Source: Haliotis cracherodii (taxonomy: Eukaryota). From it: a stretch of 64,000 bases of DNA. The notes beneath the pieces were generated by a model. It was not told the origin of the DNA. It searched no databases and saw only the letters and a list, made by a program, of their open reading frames with translations. Shown here in pieces: positions 1 through 11,389 of this stretch; position 1 is the first letter of the stretch; each line of letters opens with the position of its first letter. The position numbers were made by a program, and so were the translations under genes. The stretch is taken from the NCBI RefSeq assembly GCF_022045235.1, contig NW_027266264.1:11966001-12030000 (forward strand), in the 5' to 3' direction.

Positions 1-112
1 TCTGAAAATTTCAAATATGCCAGAGGTACACACACACTTGCCTATACAGCACAATGGTAAAATGACCCACATGCATAGCAATATTGCATACCGAAGTAAG
101 TTAGGTGCCAAT

Positions 113-1082
113 AGTGTGCACAATGGAAAGGGCATGGGCGTACCTATGGAGGTCCCAGAAAAGCTTAATGTCAAAAGTAGCAGAAGAGACCAACAATAAG
201 GGTTGCATAGACGTCCTGACATCCGTGTCGGCTGCAGCAATCACTTTATCACTTTATCCTCTACCCTGTACTTGTTTGTCCTGTATGAGCATGCTTGCGT
301 TGGTATCCACTGACAGAGCAACTGAAGTGAAGGGGAAGTCATATTGCGGGTATTTGGCGGAAGAATCACTGGTTCTGTCTAACGATCCTATGATAGGTAA
401 TGAAGCAACAGCCAAGTCCAAAACATCTTGAAGTTGCTGCAGTTACTTGGCAAATGGCAAAGAGAGAGTGTGGATTGAATCCTTTACCATCTACCATAAT
501 TTCCAAAACGGTGCAAATCTTTGGTCACACAGGATCTGGTGACGTAAAAAGTGGGGGTCAAGGTGACCCACAATATTTAATTTTGAAAGGTGCTTGGAGT
601 GTGCACAATGGAAAGGGCATGGGCGTACCTATGGAGGTCCCAGAAAAGCTTAATGTCAAAAGTAGCAGAAGAGACCAACAATAAGGGTTGCATAGACGTC
701 CTGACATCCGTGTCGGCTGCAGCAATCACTTTATCACTTTATCCTCTACCCTGTACTTGTTTGTCCTGTATGAGCATGCTTGCGTTGGTATCCACTGACA
801 GAGCAACTGAAGTGAAGGGGAAGTCATATTGCGGGTATTTGGCGGAAGAATCACTGGTTCTGTCTAACGATCCTATGATAGGTAATGAAGCAACAGCCAA
901 GTCCAAAACATCTTGAAGTTGCTGCAGTTACTTGGCAAATGGCAAAGAGAGAGTGTGGATTGAATCCTTTACCATCTACCATAATTTCCAAAACGGTGCA
1001 AATCTTTGGTCACACAGGATCTGGTGACGTAAAAAGTGGGGGTCAAGGTGACCCACAATATTTAATTTTGAAAGGTGCTTGG
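113..1082. repeat. 485-bp direct tandem duplication (113-597, 598-1082)
   Basis: Two apparently identical copies giving duplicated ORF translations; AG microhomology at the junction. Confidence 0.95.
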
Positions 1083-1985
1083 AGGCAATGTGAGGTTCCT
1101 CTAAAGTAATGAAATGGTGTAGTGTACAGTACATTTAGAGCCTGGAATGAATCAGTTATGTGGACAGTGGTCATGAATGATGGATGAAATAACAGACACC
1201 CACATCTCCTCTTGTTGTGCTGAAGGTACTAAGAATATTGGGATGCAGATTTGTGTGCCGGGTAAAACCCTGGTTCCTGTTACCAGGAGATGAACGACGA
1301 CCATTAATGTCGGACAAGCGATCACCAGCCCCGTCAGTGGGTGACATGGAACCCAATCAGATGAAACTCAAAAATCTTGTTTCATGAATTTCAATGAGAC
1401 CAGTGACTCTCAGACACCAAGTGACATTCAGGAGAAAAATTAGGCTGAGGCATGCTGCAAATGACGACCAGACTCTGACACACAAAGTCTCAGCAGCTCC
1501 CTAGACTGCCACCACTAGAATGCTGATGACAACCACCATCCCGCCAGGTTACTGGACTTCGTCACTCATCGAGTTGCAATTGACAACAACGGCTGTGCCA
1601 ACAGCTCATTGAACTGCAACCACATATCCTGCTGCAACTCATCATGCTCCAATTGACGATGGACAACATCCCACCAACTCATGTCTGCAACCTCTCGACA
1701 CTGTCATGTGAAGTCCAGACGATGGCATCTCCAGATGGCTGGATGCTGGCGTAGACCTGGCCGACACACCAAGGCCTGGTAAACCTGCGCACAGAGATGA
1801 AACCCCTTGCTGCTGACGAATAACCCCACTACCCCTGCCGTAGATGTATAAGAGACCATCTCTTCAAAAGGAGCCAAAGCTATCGACTTCACATCATCAG
1901 TAGTCCCCAGACAGATAACGCAGGTCAAAAGATACCAGAGCAAACCACAACTCTGAATGCACTGTCGGAACGACAACAAGGAAGA
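113..1985 (-). mobile_element. Decayed DIRS-like (tyrosine recombinase) retrotransposon remnant
   Basis: Minus-strand peptide SFRQCIQSCG...CVICLG resembles the Cys-rich DIRS gag N-terminus; downstream GFNPHSL...NCS...QDVLDLA resembles the YR C-terminus; many stops and frameshifts; recognised from memory only. Confidence 0.4.
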
Positions 1986-2004
1986 GGGAAGTCAATACAT
2001 GTAA

Positions 2005-2317
2005 TGAGTGAGTGAGTGAGTGAGGTTTTACGCCACTTTTATCAATATTCCACAGGGTTAGAAACTAACAGTTTTTGTCCACTAGTCCTTATAATGATAA
2101 CATATAGCAAAACCCTTAAAATGGGCCAATTTCTACTAGTCCTTAGGATACCTTTACTATCGGGCAGTTTGGTAAGGACTACAGGACTAGAGCCAGCAAT
2201 ATCACGGCAAAGGACACCAGAAATGGGCTTCACACATTGTACCCATGTCGGGAATCGAACCTGTGTCTTCGGCGTGACGAGCGAACGCTTTAACCACGAG
2301 ACTACCTAACCAACCGC
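2005..2317 (-). mobile_element. SINE family A with a ~140-bp insert (2053-2192)
   Basis: Homologous to 9541-9695 in reverse; the insert starts CAGGGTTAG and has internal CTAGTCC/GGACTAG inverted motifs. Confidence 0.85.
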
Positions 2318-3229
2318 GCATGGCATGAGGGTAGCTGCGCTGTAGTGACTTCCAGTGGGACAGGTGTTCTGGTGCTGTGGTATAAAAATTAGAACAAGCA
2401 CAAAATTGAAGATGGTCTTAGGATAAGAAATAATTAACTCTTTCACTCAGAACAATTTCACTTAACCCATGAATCAAAAGCGTATTTCTGCAGGAGGGAT
2501 GGCCATGCCTCCCATATCTTTGGGTCAACTTTTCTAATGTTGGGGGTCACACCTAAAGCTAATTTTAAAGGACTAAATATTGAGACAATATTCTGTTGAC
2601 TTTCAGATGTCTAGCCCAAACATTTGCAGTAGATATTGTGTTAAATGATAAATTAGCTGAGCATACTGGACAGTAAGACAATGTACAGAGCTAGACTCAA
2701 GCTTCAGCATATATCTCCATTATATTACGATACCCTGGACCCATTCACAAAAGCGTTGTTTTGAATGCAGTTCGAATGACAACACCAAAAATTGTCATAA
2801 CATTGGTTACAGAAACTATGCATAGGGAACGTACTCAACTTGCATTCTTATGTACCCTCTCAGCTATAACTGTGAATGGATTAAAGCCTAGGACTTCCAT
2901 TCCCTCAAGAAAACATTTCTAGCTAGGAGTTCATTCTTATTCAAAGTAAAATCCTTTATCTGACAAGTATTGAGGGCTCTCTGAAATGAGGCTAGTATTT
3001 TTAATGTAGATCTATGCTGAAATTTTCTTACGAATAGTTGATTTGATGTGGAGATTGTGATGTCACTTCCACAACAAAGCTTTTGTGTCACACACAGGGA
3101 TGAGGGAGGGTTGGGTTGTTGTTTTTCAAAAACACTGAAGTTTAACCGGACTCTAGGGAACTACATCATGTACGGGTATTTTGCAAAGGCATGCATCCAG
3201 CATACATGTATTTCAATTATGGATGAAAG

Positions 3230-3462
3230 AGGTTTGTTTCTTGTTTAATGACAGCACTCTATTCCAGCTATACGACGGCGGTCTGTAAATAATCGAGTCT
3301 GGACCAGACAATCCAGTGATTGACATCAGGAGCATCGATCCATGCAATAGGGATACAATGACATGCATCAAATAAGTCGGCGAGCCTGACCACCCCACCC
3401 TCGCCTCTTATGACAAGCATCGTTTGCTGCAGACCTATTCTACCCCAGATCTTCACGGGTCA
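3230..3462 (-). mobile_element. SINE-like family B, full length
   Basis: Begins GACCCGTGAAGATC; shared core CAATCACTGGATTGTCTGGTCCAGACTCGATTATTTACAGACCGCCG; TSD GATGAAAG (3222-3229, 3463-3470). Confidence 0.88.
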
Positions 3463-3529
3463 GATGAAAGTGGTAATTTGAGTGGCCTGAAATGAATCCA
3501 ATTGAACATGGAACAGGATATGAACTATA

Positions 3530-3638
3530 CATACTGAAATAAGGGGTAAGTGATTATGAATATTTCTGGGGATTTTTCTTGTTTCTCATAGAAAAATCCC
3601 CCAAAATATTCATGATCCCTAACTCTTTGTTCAGTATA
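3530..3638. repeat. Long imperfect palindrome
   Basis: ATGAATATTTCTGGGGATTTTTCT / AGAAAAATCCCCCAAAATATTCAT, extending out to ATACTGAA / TTCAGTAT. Confidence 0.85.
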
Positions 3639-3914
3639 GCATAATGTGGGCAACAAGCCCAAAATGATGCCAGATGTGCCATGTTTCAAAATTCAACCAT
3701 ACAGTAGTTTGAGTTAAAGACCAGTAATATACTGTAAACAGATAAAGCTGCACAAAATATACAAGATGTCGCATTGATCAAAGAGAGTCTCCACATGAGA
3801 CTTGCCAATCAATACATTGAATCAACAACCATGATTCACCACTGTATCTCATTCATTGTTCAGATTTTGCATGTTCTTGTTTGGGTTTTTTTATGCCAGA
3901 ATCTCCATACTTAC

Positions 3915-4078
3915 ACATTTTGCTAATTGACAAGCCTTTTCTGGATTGTTGGCAATTTCATAGTAAAATACAGAGAAGTTTAGAGCCAGTCCTAATCTGA
4001 TGGGATGAGTTGCCTCCATTTTCGCTGCAGCCGTCTCATTTGCTTCCTTGTATGCCGTTTCAGACTTTTCTACAATAA
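3915..4078 (-). CDS. 14-3-3: 14-3-3 family protein, coding exon 3 (remaining exon(s) not found, presumably left of the window)
   Basis: tgcag|TT; [12 protein letters not shown]...[32 protein letters not shown]; donor gtaagt. The expected AFDDAIAELD...KDSTLIMQLLRDNL exon was not found in 1-3900. Confidence 0.95.
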
Positions 4079-4329
4079 CTGCAACAAAATAATCAATATT
4101 TAGCATGCAACAAAACACATACTTGTCAGCTTGTCCATATGTTAAAAATGTTAACATTGGAGTACTGACAAAGACCTTGTGATTGGAATCAGTATTCTTT
4201 TACATCACAGTCATCAATACTTATACCAAATCACACTGGACAAATACTAAAACTGAACAAGGAAGAGCAGTAGCTGATGCACACAAAAAGCAATGCACAG
4301 AATATTATGGGTTTTTCTTTTCTAAATTG

Positions 4330-4665
4330 TAAATTTTACAATAAATTGTATATTCATAATACTTATATTATCTCACATAATGCACTTCTTCCTTCTTTAG
4401 ATCCAAATGTGGAAATGTGCTTGAATGAAGTTTCCAGCTTCTAAAAACAATTCATCCGAACACAATGGTCACCATCCAAATAATCAGGTCCTGCACTGTA
4501 ATTCTGTGCGCTGTGACCAACCCAAGCTTACATACTTACTCCTGCCAAATCATTCTCTTTCCAATCGTCACACTGTGGTTACGTGTTTGTGTGTTAAAGA
4601 ATGGCTTGAGTGTTTTTTTCGTGGTTGCATAGTGTGAGATAGGATAAGTTTTAAAACAATTTCTT
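4330..4665. mobile_element. Small non-autonomous element with inverted ends related to 12780-13100
   Basis: ACTTATATTATCTCACATAATGCA (~4361) is inverted relative to TGCATAGTGTGAGATAGGATAAGT (~4626). Confidence 0.45.
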
Positions 4666-4808
4666 CACTGAAAACTTAAAGGGAACTTGTCCCAATTATT
4701 ACTTGTGCACATGATTCAAAGATACTACTAATGACAATTTGTAAGAAAAACAGCAATTTGTACATCAATGATGAAAAGGAAACAATTACAATATACATGT
4801 CAACTCAC

Positions 4809-4974
4809 CTGCCCTGTCTTCTCCTGATCTGACTTCGGCCAAGTACCGGTAGTAATCCCCCTTCATTTTCATATAGAAGACTCGACTATCATTCTTGTTG
4901 TCTTTACCATTGCCAGTCTTCACTTCAGAGGAATCTTCTTTTGTCTGGGGAATTAAGTGCTTATCCAGCAAATC
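4809..4974 (-). CDS. 14-3-3: 14-3-3 family protein, coding exon 2
   Basis: ttcag|GAT; DLLDKHLIP...[19 protein letters not shown]; donor G|gtgagt, phase 1, compatible with flanking exons. Confidence 0.95.
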
Positions 4975-7229
4975 CTGAAATGAACAATAAATATCAATAG
5001 TAACAAAAGCATGAAAAGCATAGTCATTCATCCCTCCATAATTTGCGGGTAGAAAATTTTCTTCTCTCTACCACTTATATCAAGCCCTGAAGTTACAAAT
5101 TATGCTCACTACACATAACAAATCCAAACAAAAGAAGGAAATAACCAAGTTCAAATGAAATTATGAATGCCTTTAACACTAGAAGAACAGGCCCTGAGTA
5201 GGTCTAAGTGATCCTTATGTTAATAAACATTCATGTTAAGTATAAAAGCAGTTTGTAACGTAAGCTGTAGGTTCCTGAGCAGACTACGTTTGAATTTTTA
5301 CACCTCAACTAGTTGAATTAAGACCTGGTGATGACCCCAGAGTGTGTTCATTCTAGTGTGTGGCATCATCGTGTATTTTCTGTAGGCTGCATGTGGCAGT
5401 TAGGCTTAAGGTTTCCAAAACACATCATGCTTTTACATGACGAACATTTGCCAACTCCTCCACTTACATGTGCGTTAACATTGAAAATTAGAAACATGCA
5501 AGCAATAAATCACAAAACATTTTCCCTTCCCACTGCCAGACACCTTTATTATCAGATCAGAGTGCAGTGAAATCGGCATCACTATTGTGAGCTTTGTGAC
5601 AAAGCTTTCAAGTAGATGTGCAGATTTCGGGTACTGAATAAGATTTATTAAGAACGGGCTTCTCGATTTGAACTTTATCTTTTGCATTTGGAAACACTGT
5701 TACTATTGACTTAATTACAAATTTAAATTACACTAATATTAAAAGGTTTTTGGTTTGTTCAGTGGGCCAATATGAAATTCAAGGACTCTGAAGAAATTTA
5801 AGGAGCAAAATTTCAAGATTACAGTCAGTAATGTGTTTTTTTTCCTTGACTTGCACTCGTAGTCATCATGGTAATGGCGGCAATCTTCGGTACTTGTGTG
5901 CCACTGTCACCTTATTTAATAACTTAATAGATGATACTAAAGTTTCAACCGCAGAATGTGATACATATTTTCAAGGCCACTAGTCCAAAATTTATTTTGG
6001 CATTATTTTCAGTAGATTAGTCTTAGCAAATGGATATTTTATTAGATTTGGGCTTCAGAGTTCATGAAGTCATGACCTCCAATCATCTGACTCATTCAAG
6101 CACTTCAACAACAAGCATAGGTTGTCATGAACCCATTTTAACCCAGAAACCATGTCATGGTATTGTAGGTGCAAGGCAATGGAATAAAGCTTGCTTCGTA
6201 ACTCGTATGCATACTGCTTCTTTCCAATCTGAACATACAAGCAACTAAGCACATTAACAGATGTTTATGTTATGATCAAGAGCATGTGCCATGAGTGTAA
6301 ATATCTGAACTGGACAGGAGACGTTCAAAAACATGAGTTACCAGGTTTAATAGTTCTGCATAACAAAGATGCCCCTTGTACAACATATCTGATGATCAAA
6401 TGTCTGAAGTTTAGAATTACTCCTTGGGTTACTAGCAAGGTAGGAGTAAGAGCACCATATCTTGCTGGAACAACAGATTTATGTCTCTGAGGTAGTCTGC
6501 AAAGACACAGATTTATACCTGAAGTAATGTGATCAATAATACTGGGATATAATTAACATTAAAAATTGATCAATCATAGTTTATTATGCTCCGAACATCA
6601 ACAACTACTATTGTTTCGGCAATAGGACATCTACCGCATTATAAAAGTTATCATATCCTTCAGATAAGTGGAAAATTCTTATATTTGACAGATTGATTTG
6701 CGAAGCACTGGTGCCCTTGTTTGAACAAGTGATGAGTACATTAAAATGTTAAGCCGTCACCAAGGTGACGAAATAACTATTTCAACCTGTCACCTTTCTT
6801 AGAATAGCTGTAAAGGCAGTAACGGAACAGACGACATACTACAAAATGAAATTCAAACATCAACACGACATGCAACAGTATTAATGTCTTTCTCTTAAGT
6901 TGTAACATGCAACAGCATTAAGAGACGTAACACATAGTTTGAAATCAATGGTTAAGAATTCAGTTTAAGACATTTTGAGGAAATGGGAATGGCAGCCCCA
7001 TTCACAACGTCCAAGAATCACATTCCTATAGGGCCCTGTGTGTTCGCGTTGGGGATTGAAATGGAACCAATACATACATTCAGTTAACTGAACTGAACAT
7101 TTGTGTAATCCACCACATACAAAGACCCGGAAACAAATGTCATTTTCACTTTAATAACGCAAGAATGATATTTTACGACCGATATACTTAGAACATCCGC
7201 CCAAAAAGGCGTTGCCATAGAGCACCTAC

Positions 7230-7562
7230 CAACACTTCCTCACAGATTTTTTTCAGCTCCTCTTCCACTTTAGTTCGGTAGGTTCTTGCCATGGCTTGCT
7301 TTCTTTCTGCACCTTCTCCCCCTGCCATATCACCTTTCTGTTCGATACTGCTAATGACCCTCCATGCAGAACGGCGTGCACCAACGACATTTTTGTATGC
7401 CACGGATAGCAAGTTTCTTTCCTCGTTGGAAAGAATGTCAGATGTCTTGCCTGTGCAGCACTCAACGCACTGTTTCATCGCTGCTGCCATGTCATCATAC
7501 CTTTCAGCCTGTTCAGCTATTTTGGCCTTATCAACAAACCTCAGTTTTTCAGTACTACCCAT
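7230..7562 (-). CDS. 14-3-3: 14-3-3 family protein, coding exon 1
   Basis: ATG at 7562; [30 protein letters not shown]...[33 protein letters not shown]...[14 protein letters not shown], diagnostic 14-3-3 motifs; donor TTG|gtaggt, phase 0. Confidence 0.96.
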
Positions 7563-8139
7563 TTTGACACTCTTTGGCAATGTTAAGTTTCTACTTCGGC
7601 CGACAGAAATTATCAGAACTGCTTCAAAATGGCGGATGGCGGGCCCTACTTTCGGCTGTCAATGACATAATGTATCACATCGCTCGGATTAATACTTTCT
7701 GACAAAAAAATGATTAAATATCTAAATTGCAGTTATAGTTTGATAACACAATATCAAAACACCATATATTACACAACTGATATGTTTACTATCAATCTCC
7801 ATATCTGTAAAATTTGGAACTATATTCCCTATTTACATCACTGATTTCCAAGAGTTATCTACCCTTAGATTCCTGCGCCATTATGGGGAATACAATCCCT
7901 TTCCCAGGGTAGCCTTGACGTCATTGTCTCCATGCCAACCAAGGAGGCAGGCACATTATATCCATATTAATATAATTTGTTTATGTTACTTATGTAAATA
8001 AACCATAACTGTATACATTTAGATACATAATGTTACATGAATTTATAAAATTGCGAAAGCGATAAAATGAGGGTTCCCATAACCCAATGCAAGCACTTGT
8101 CAACTTCCGGTGTTTTGACCACATGGTTAAACCTCGAAA
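7563..8139. promoter_or_regulatory. Bidirectional promoter shared by 14-3-3 and MRTO4
   Basis: Divergent ATGs at 7562(-) and 8140(+); YY1-type CAAAATGGCGG at ~7625-7635, palindromic CRE TGACGTCA at 7916-7923, ETS-type ACTTCCGG at ~8103-8110; locally raised CpG. Confidence 0.7.
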
Positions 8140-8167
8140 ATGCCGAAATCGAAACGTGATCGGAAAG
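8140..8167 (+). CDS. MRTO4: mRNA turnover protein 4 homolog, exon 1
   Basis: ATG CCG AAA TCG AAA CGT GAT CGG AAA G|gtagat = MPKSKRDRK, the conserved Mrt4 N-terminus; 28 nt. Confidence 0.92.
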
Positions 8168-8552
8168 GTAGATTTACTATTTTATCAATGGAATAGCGGA
8201 CGAAGGGCTCGGGATTAATGTTGAGCTTTATCTCAAAAAATGTTTTCATAAAATACATCTTGCGAATACCAGATGGGGGACAAGCCACCACATGATCAGT
8301 GTTCATTTCAGTTATGTTGTGACATAATAGGTCTACAGGCAAGGTTATGTGTCAGAGTAGGGTTTTGCGAATGCGCGGAGACATATTCTTAATTAATTTG
8401 GCTTACACGTCCGTAAATATTAATATTATCTGAACCGTAAATAAGTTGATTCCCCCAATGCATTAAACCCCTGCTTGATGTTCACTGCTGATGAGATGGG
8501 GCAGTGTCATGCCTAAAGCATAGGAAAAGTCTACTTATTTCATTCATTCGTG

Positions 8553-8787
8553 GTATCTCAGTGAGCTAGCACTATAAATCGGCATCAGTCCGGACTAGTA
8601 CAAGCAGACACACATACGCGTGCATGCCTGTCGCTATATACCGGGGTAAGTGCAATAATGTTGGACGCGACGTTGAACCCAATTTCGCCTCACCTCACAC
8701 ATTCGTGTCTGGTGTCCCCCGCCGTGATATTGCTGGAATATTGCTAAAAGCGGCGTAAAACCATACTCACTCCTTCACTCACTCACA
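8553..8787 (+). mobile_element. Two 5'-truncated SINEs in tandem (family D 8553-8699, family A 8708-8787)
   Basis: Homology to the 3' halves of 18047-18392 and 9541-9695; CATTCRTG at 8545, 8700 and 8788. Confidence 0.85.
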
Positions 8788-8875
8788 CATTCATGACAAA
8801 AAGTAGTGGAATAAGTTAAGATACATGGCATGACTTAAGTGGCGCAGCTACTAATGTTTAAGTGGTCGTTGTCAA

Positions 8876-9393
8876 CACGGGTACTACAGACATGTACCCC
8901 AGTTACTTTCGGTATACAGAAAAGTACCCTTACCAAAATCAGAACGTTTTCCAGTACGCAAAATGAGTGATGAGTCTGTATTCCTCAAACCAAAACTGGT
9001 TCATGCTGTAGTTCTGGATCGCCTTTCTGATTTTAAATGCATGTTGTGCATCGCTGAATTACAGTACGTACAGCACTGAGCACAAAACTGGTTCATGCTG
9101 TAGTTCTGGATCGCCTTTCTGATTTTAAATGCATGTTGTGCATCGCTGAATTACAGTACGTACAGCACTGAGCATGCTGAGTGCTAGCTTTTATATGACA
9201 CACTGGAGTGCATCTCATACAAGAGGATGATAGTTCCGATTCAGAATATGCTTATGAGAAATCTCTTCTACGCAAGCGTGCAAAGAACCAGTTGAACACA
9301 CTTATCCCAGGATACAGTTCTGTATTCTGATTTTTGTTAGGGTACATATCTGTATATGAAAAAGTACCTGAGTACATATTTGTAGTACCAGTG
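8876..9393. mobile_element. MITE with ~65-bp imperfect TIRs and CAC...GTG termini
   Basis: GGTACTACAGACATGTACCCCAG...AAAATCAGAA is inverted relative to TTCTGATTTT...GTACATATTTGTAGTACC; contains a 92-bp tandem duplication (8991-9082, 9083-9174). Confidence 0.8.
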
Positions 9394-9540
9394 CTCACCA
9401 AAAGCTTGAAAAGCCTTGAATTTGTACAAACTGACATATACTTGTTAATAGAAGCATTAGAGCACACAAAGATGGTAAGCAAGATTTATCACCGTGATAG
9501 AGTTGTGTGCCAAAGACACTGAAGAATTCATGACAGACTG

Positions 9541-9695
9541 GGGGCGGTGGGATAGCCTAGTGGTTAAAGCGTTCGCTCGTCATGCTGAAGACCCGGGTTC
9601 GATTGCCGGCATGGGTACAATGTGTGAAGTCCATTTCTGGTGTCCCCCGCTATGATATGGCTTAAAGCAGTGTAAAACCATATTCACTCACTCAC
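9541..9695 (+). mobile_element. tRNA-derived SINE, family A, full length
   Basis: A box TAGCCTAGTGG, B box GGTTCGATTGCC, (CTCA)n tail, 13-bp TSD TCATGACAGACTG (9528-9540, 9696-9708). Confidence 0.92.
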
Positions 9696-10164
9696 TCATG
9701 ACAGACTGTATGTATTTTTTTTGTTGGGTGAAAAATGAATCTTGTTGGAAAATGTGTGATGGTCATACTGCTTTTTATGTCTTACAACTAATATATTATA
9801 TGCTGAATTTATAAAATATTGACAGACTTAGGCTAATAACCCCCAAAAACCTTGTAAATGACAGTTGGTGGCCTTGAAAAGGTCTTGAATTTTAGTGTTC
9901 CATATCTGTGTGAACTTGTATGTATGTTATGAAGCTTTCTCACAGATTGGTCCAGAATTTTGCTTATTGGAACAAGGCACCTAATATGTTGAATACAGTA
10001 TCAAGCAAGTGACAGAGCCTGACCACCCAAACCTATGTATTCACCTTGTACAGCCAGCATAGCATGCAAGAGACCACATGCTTAGACTTTATCATTGGAC
10101 TTTGGAGGTCACAGGTGTCCGAGTTGTGTAAGGCACCGCAATTCCCTGTGCAGAGTTGTGTCCC

Positions 10165-10378
10165 TTGGTGATGCAAGCAACCCATGATTGCGGGCTCAAA
10201 TCCTGGTTCGCCCGATTATGTTTCTAGGTTTGTCAGCACCATACCTGTGCTCATGCCTTTCACCAAGGTGGTAAACGTCTGAGACCTGCATCACTTCGGG
10301 CTTTCCTCCCACATTAAACTGACACGCTGTGATATAACTGAAATACTGTTAAGAATACGGTTAGAAAAGCAATTAATG
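10165..10378 (+). mobile_element. SINE family C (V-domain/RUDI-like), old copy
   Basis: Degenerate B box; TTTCCTCCCAC...AAACTGAC...GATATAACTGAAATACTGTT tail reminiscent of molluscan V-SINEs; homologous to 24050-24531. Confidence 0.6.
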
Positions 10379-10823
10379 AAAAAGACCTTTTGACATTGTT
10401 CAAAGTGACGTTAAACTAGACCCCCTTGGAATATACCTGTTGAGCGACAATGAGTGGGGACTGTATCATTATGACTGCATAGTATGTTGAAGTTATAGCT
10501 TGTACAGTTCAGGATGTTACCATGGTTACTGTTTGCAGTACTCTGCACAGCAGTATGTCTTATTCCCCTCTGAGAACATGACTGCAGAACCAATCTTTGC
10601 AAATAGACTGGTTCCTGGCTGTATTTCTGTTGCATCATCTTTATTTTCTGTTGTGTATAAATTTACTCTTATGATCCTAAAGTCATAATATACTTGATAC
10701 AGGATATGTTTTTTCACTTTCAATGAAGCTATGGTAAATAAAAAGAGAAAGCTTTTCACTCTGGCCTTGCATATTTACCTCACAATAATTTGTGACCATA
10801 CTCATGAAATTTGTATTTTGCAG

Positions 10824-10882
10824 TTTCCTTGACACAGACAAGAAAAAAAGGATTAGAACTAAAGCAGAAGCTTGTTGAAGAG
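10824..10882 (+). CDS. MRTO4: MRTO4 exon 2
   Basis: tgcag|TT; (V)SLTQTRKKGLELKQKLVEE; donor gtatgt; 59 nt. Confidence 0.93.
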
Positions 10883-10955
10883 GTATGTATCAGCTGTTTA
10901 CTGTATTGTTTTATCAGGTTGGTGGGTTAGCCAAGAGGTTACTAACTCACTCAAC

Positions 10956-11215
10956 GACCCATGAAGATCAGGGGTATTATAGGTCTTCAGCAACCCATGC
11001 TTGCTGTAAAAAGTGACTCTGCTTGTCGTAAGAGGTGATTAAAAGGTTTGGGTGGTTAGGCGAGACTTGGTTGATGCATGTCGCATCCCATGGATCGATG
11101 CTCATGATGTCAATCACTGGATTGTCTGGTCCAGACTCGATTATTTACAGACCGCCGTCATATAGCTGGAATATTGCTGAGTGCGGCATTAAACAACAAA
11201 CAAACAACCAACCAA
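10956..11215 (+). mobile_element. SINE-like family B
   Basis: Begins GACCCATGAAGATC; same core; (CAAA/CAAC)n tail. Confidence 0.88.
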
Positions 11216-11389
11216 CCCAAGGCATGGGCATCTACTGACCAGCTTCCACCCTTGCCGAAATAGGCTGGAGTTATTTTCCATGCAGATATGTCTATATGCA
11301 TATATTTTTGTTATTTGTTTCTACATGCAACAAAATATACTTATATGCAATTACTTCTAAAATACTAATACTATTACACATGTACACAC

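Noticed and set aside
7563-7580. N-terminal extension MPKSVK on the 14-3-3 ORF, resembling MRTO4 MPKSKR
   Set aside because: It starts at TTG, an ORF-caller artefact; the true ATG is at 7562; the similarity is coincidental
9541-9615. Functional tRNA genes (also ~18047-18118)
   Set aside because: They are SINE heads: followed by SINE body and tail, flanked by TSDs, with imperfect cloverleafs
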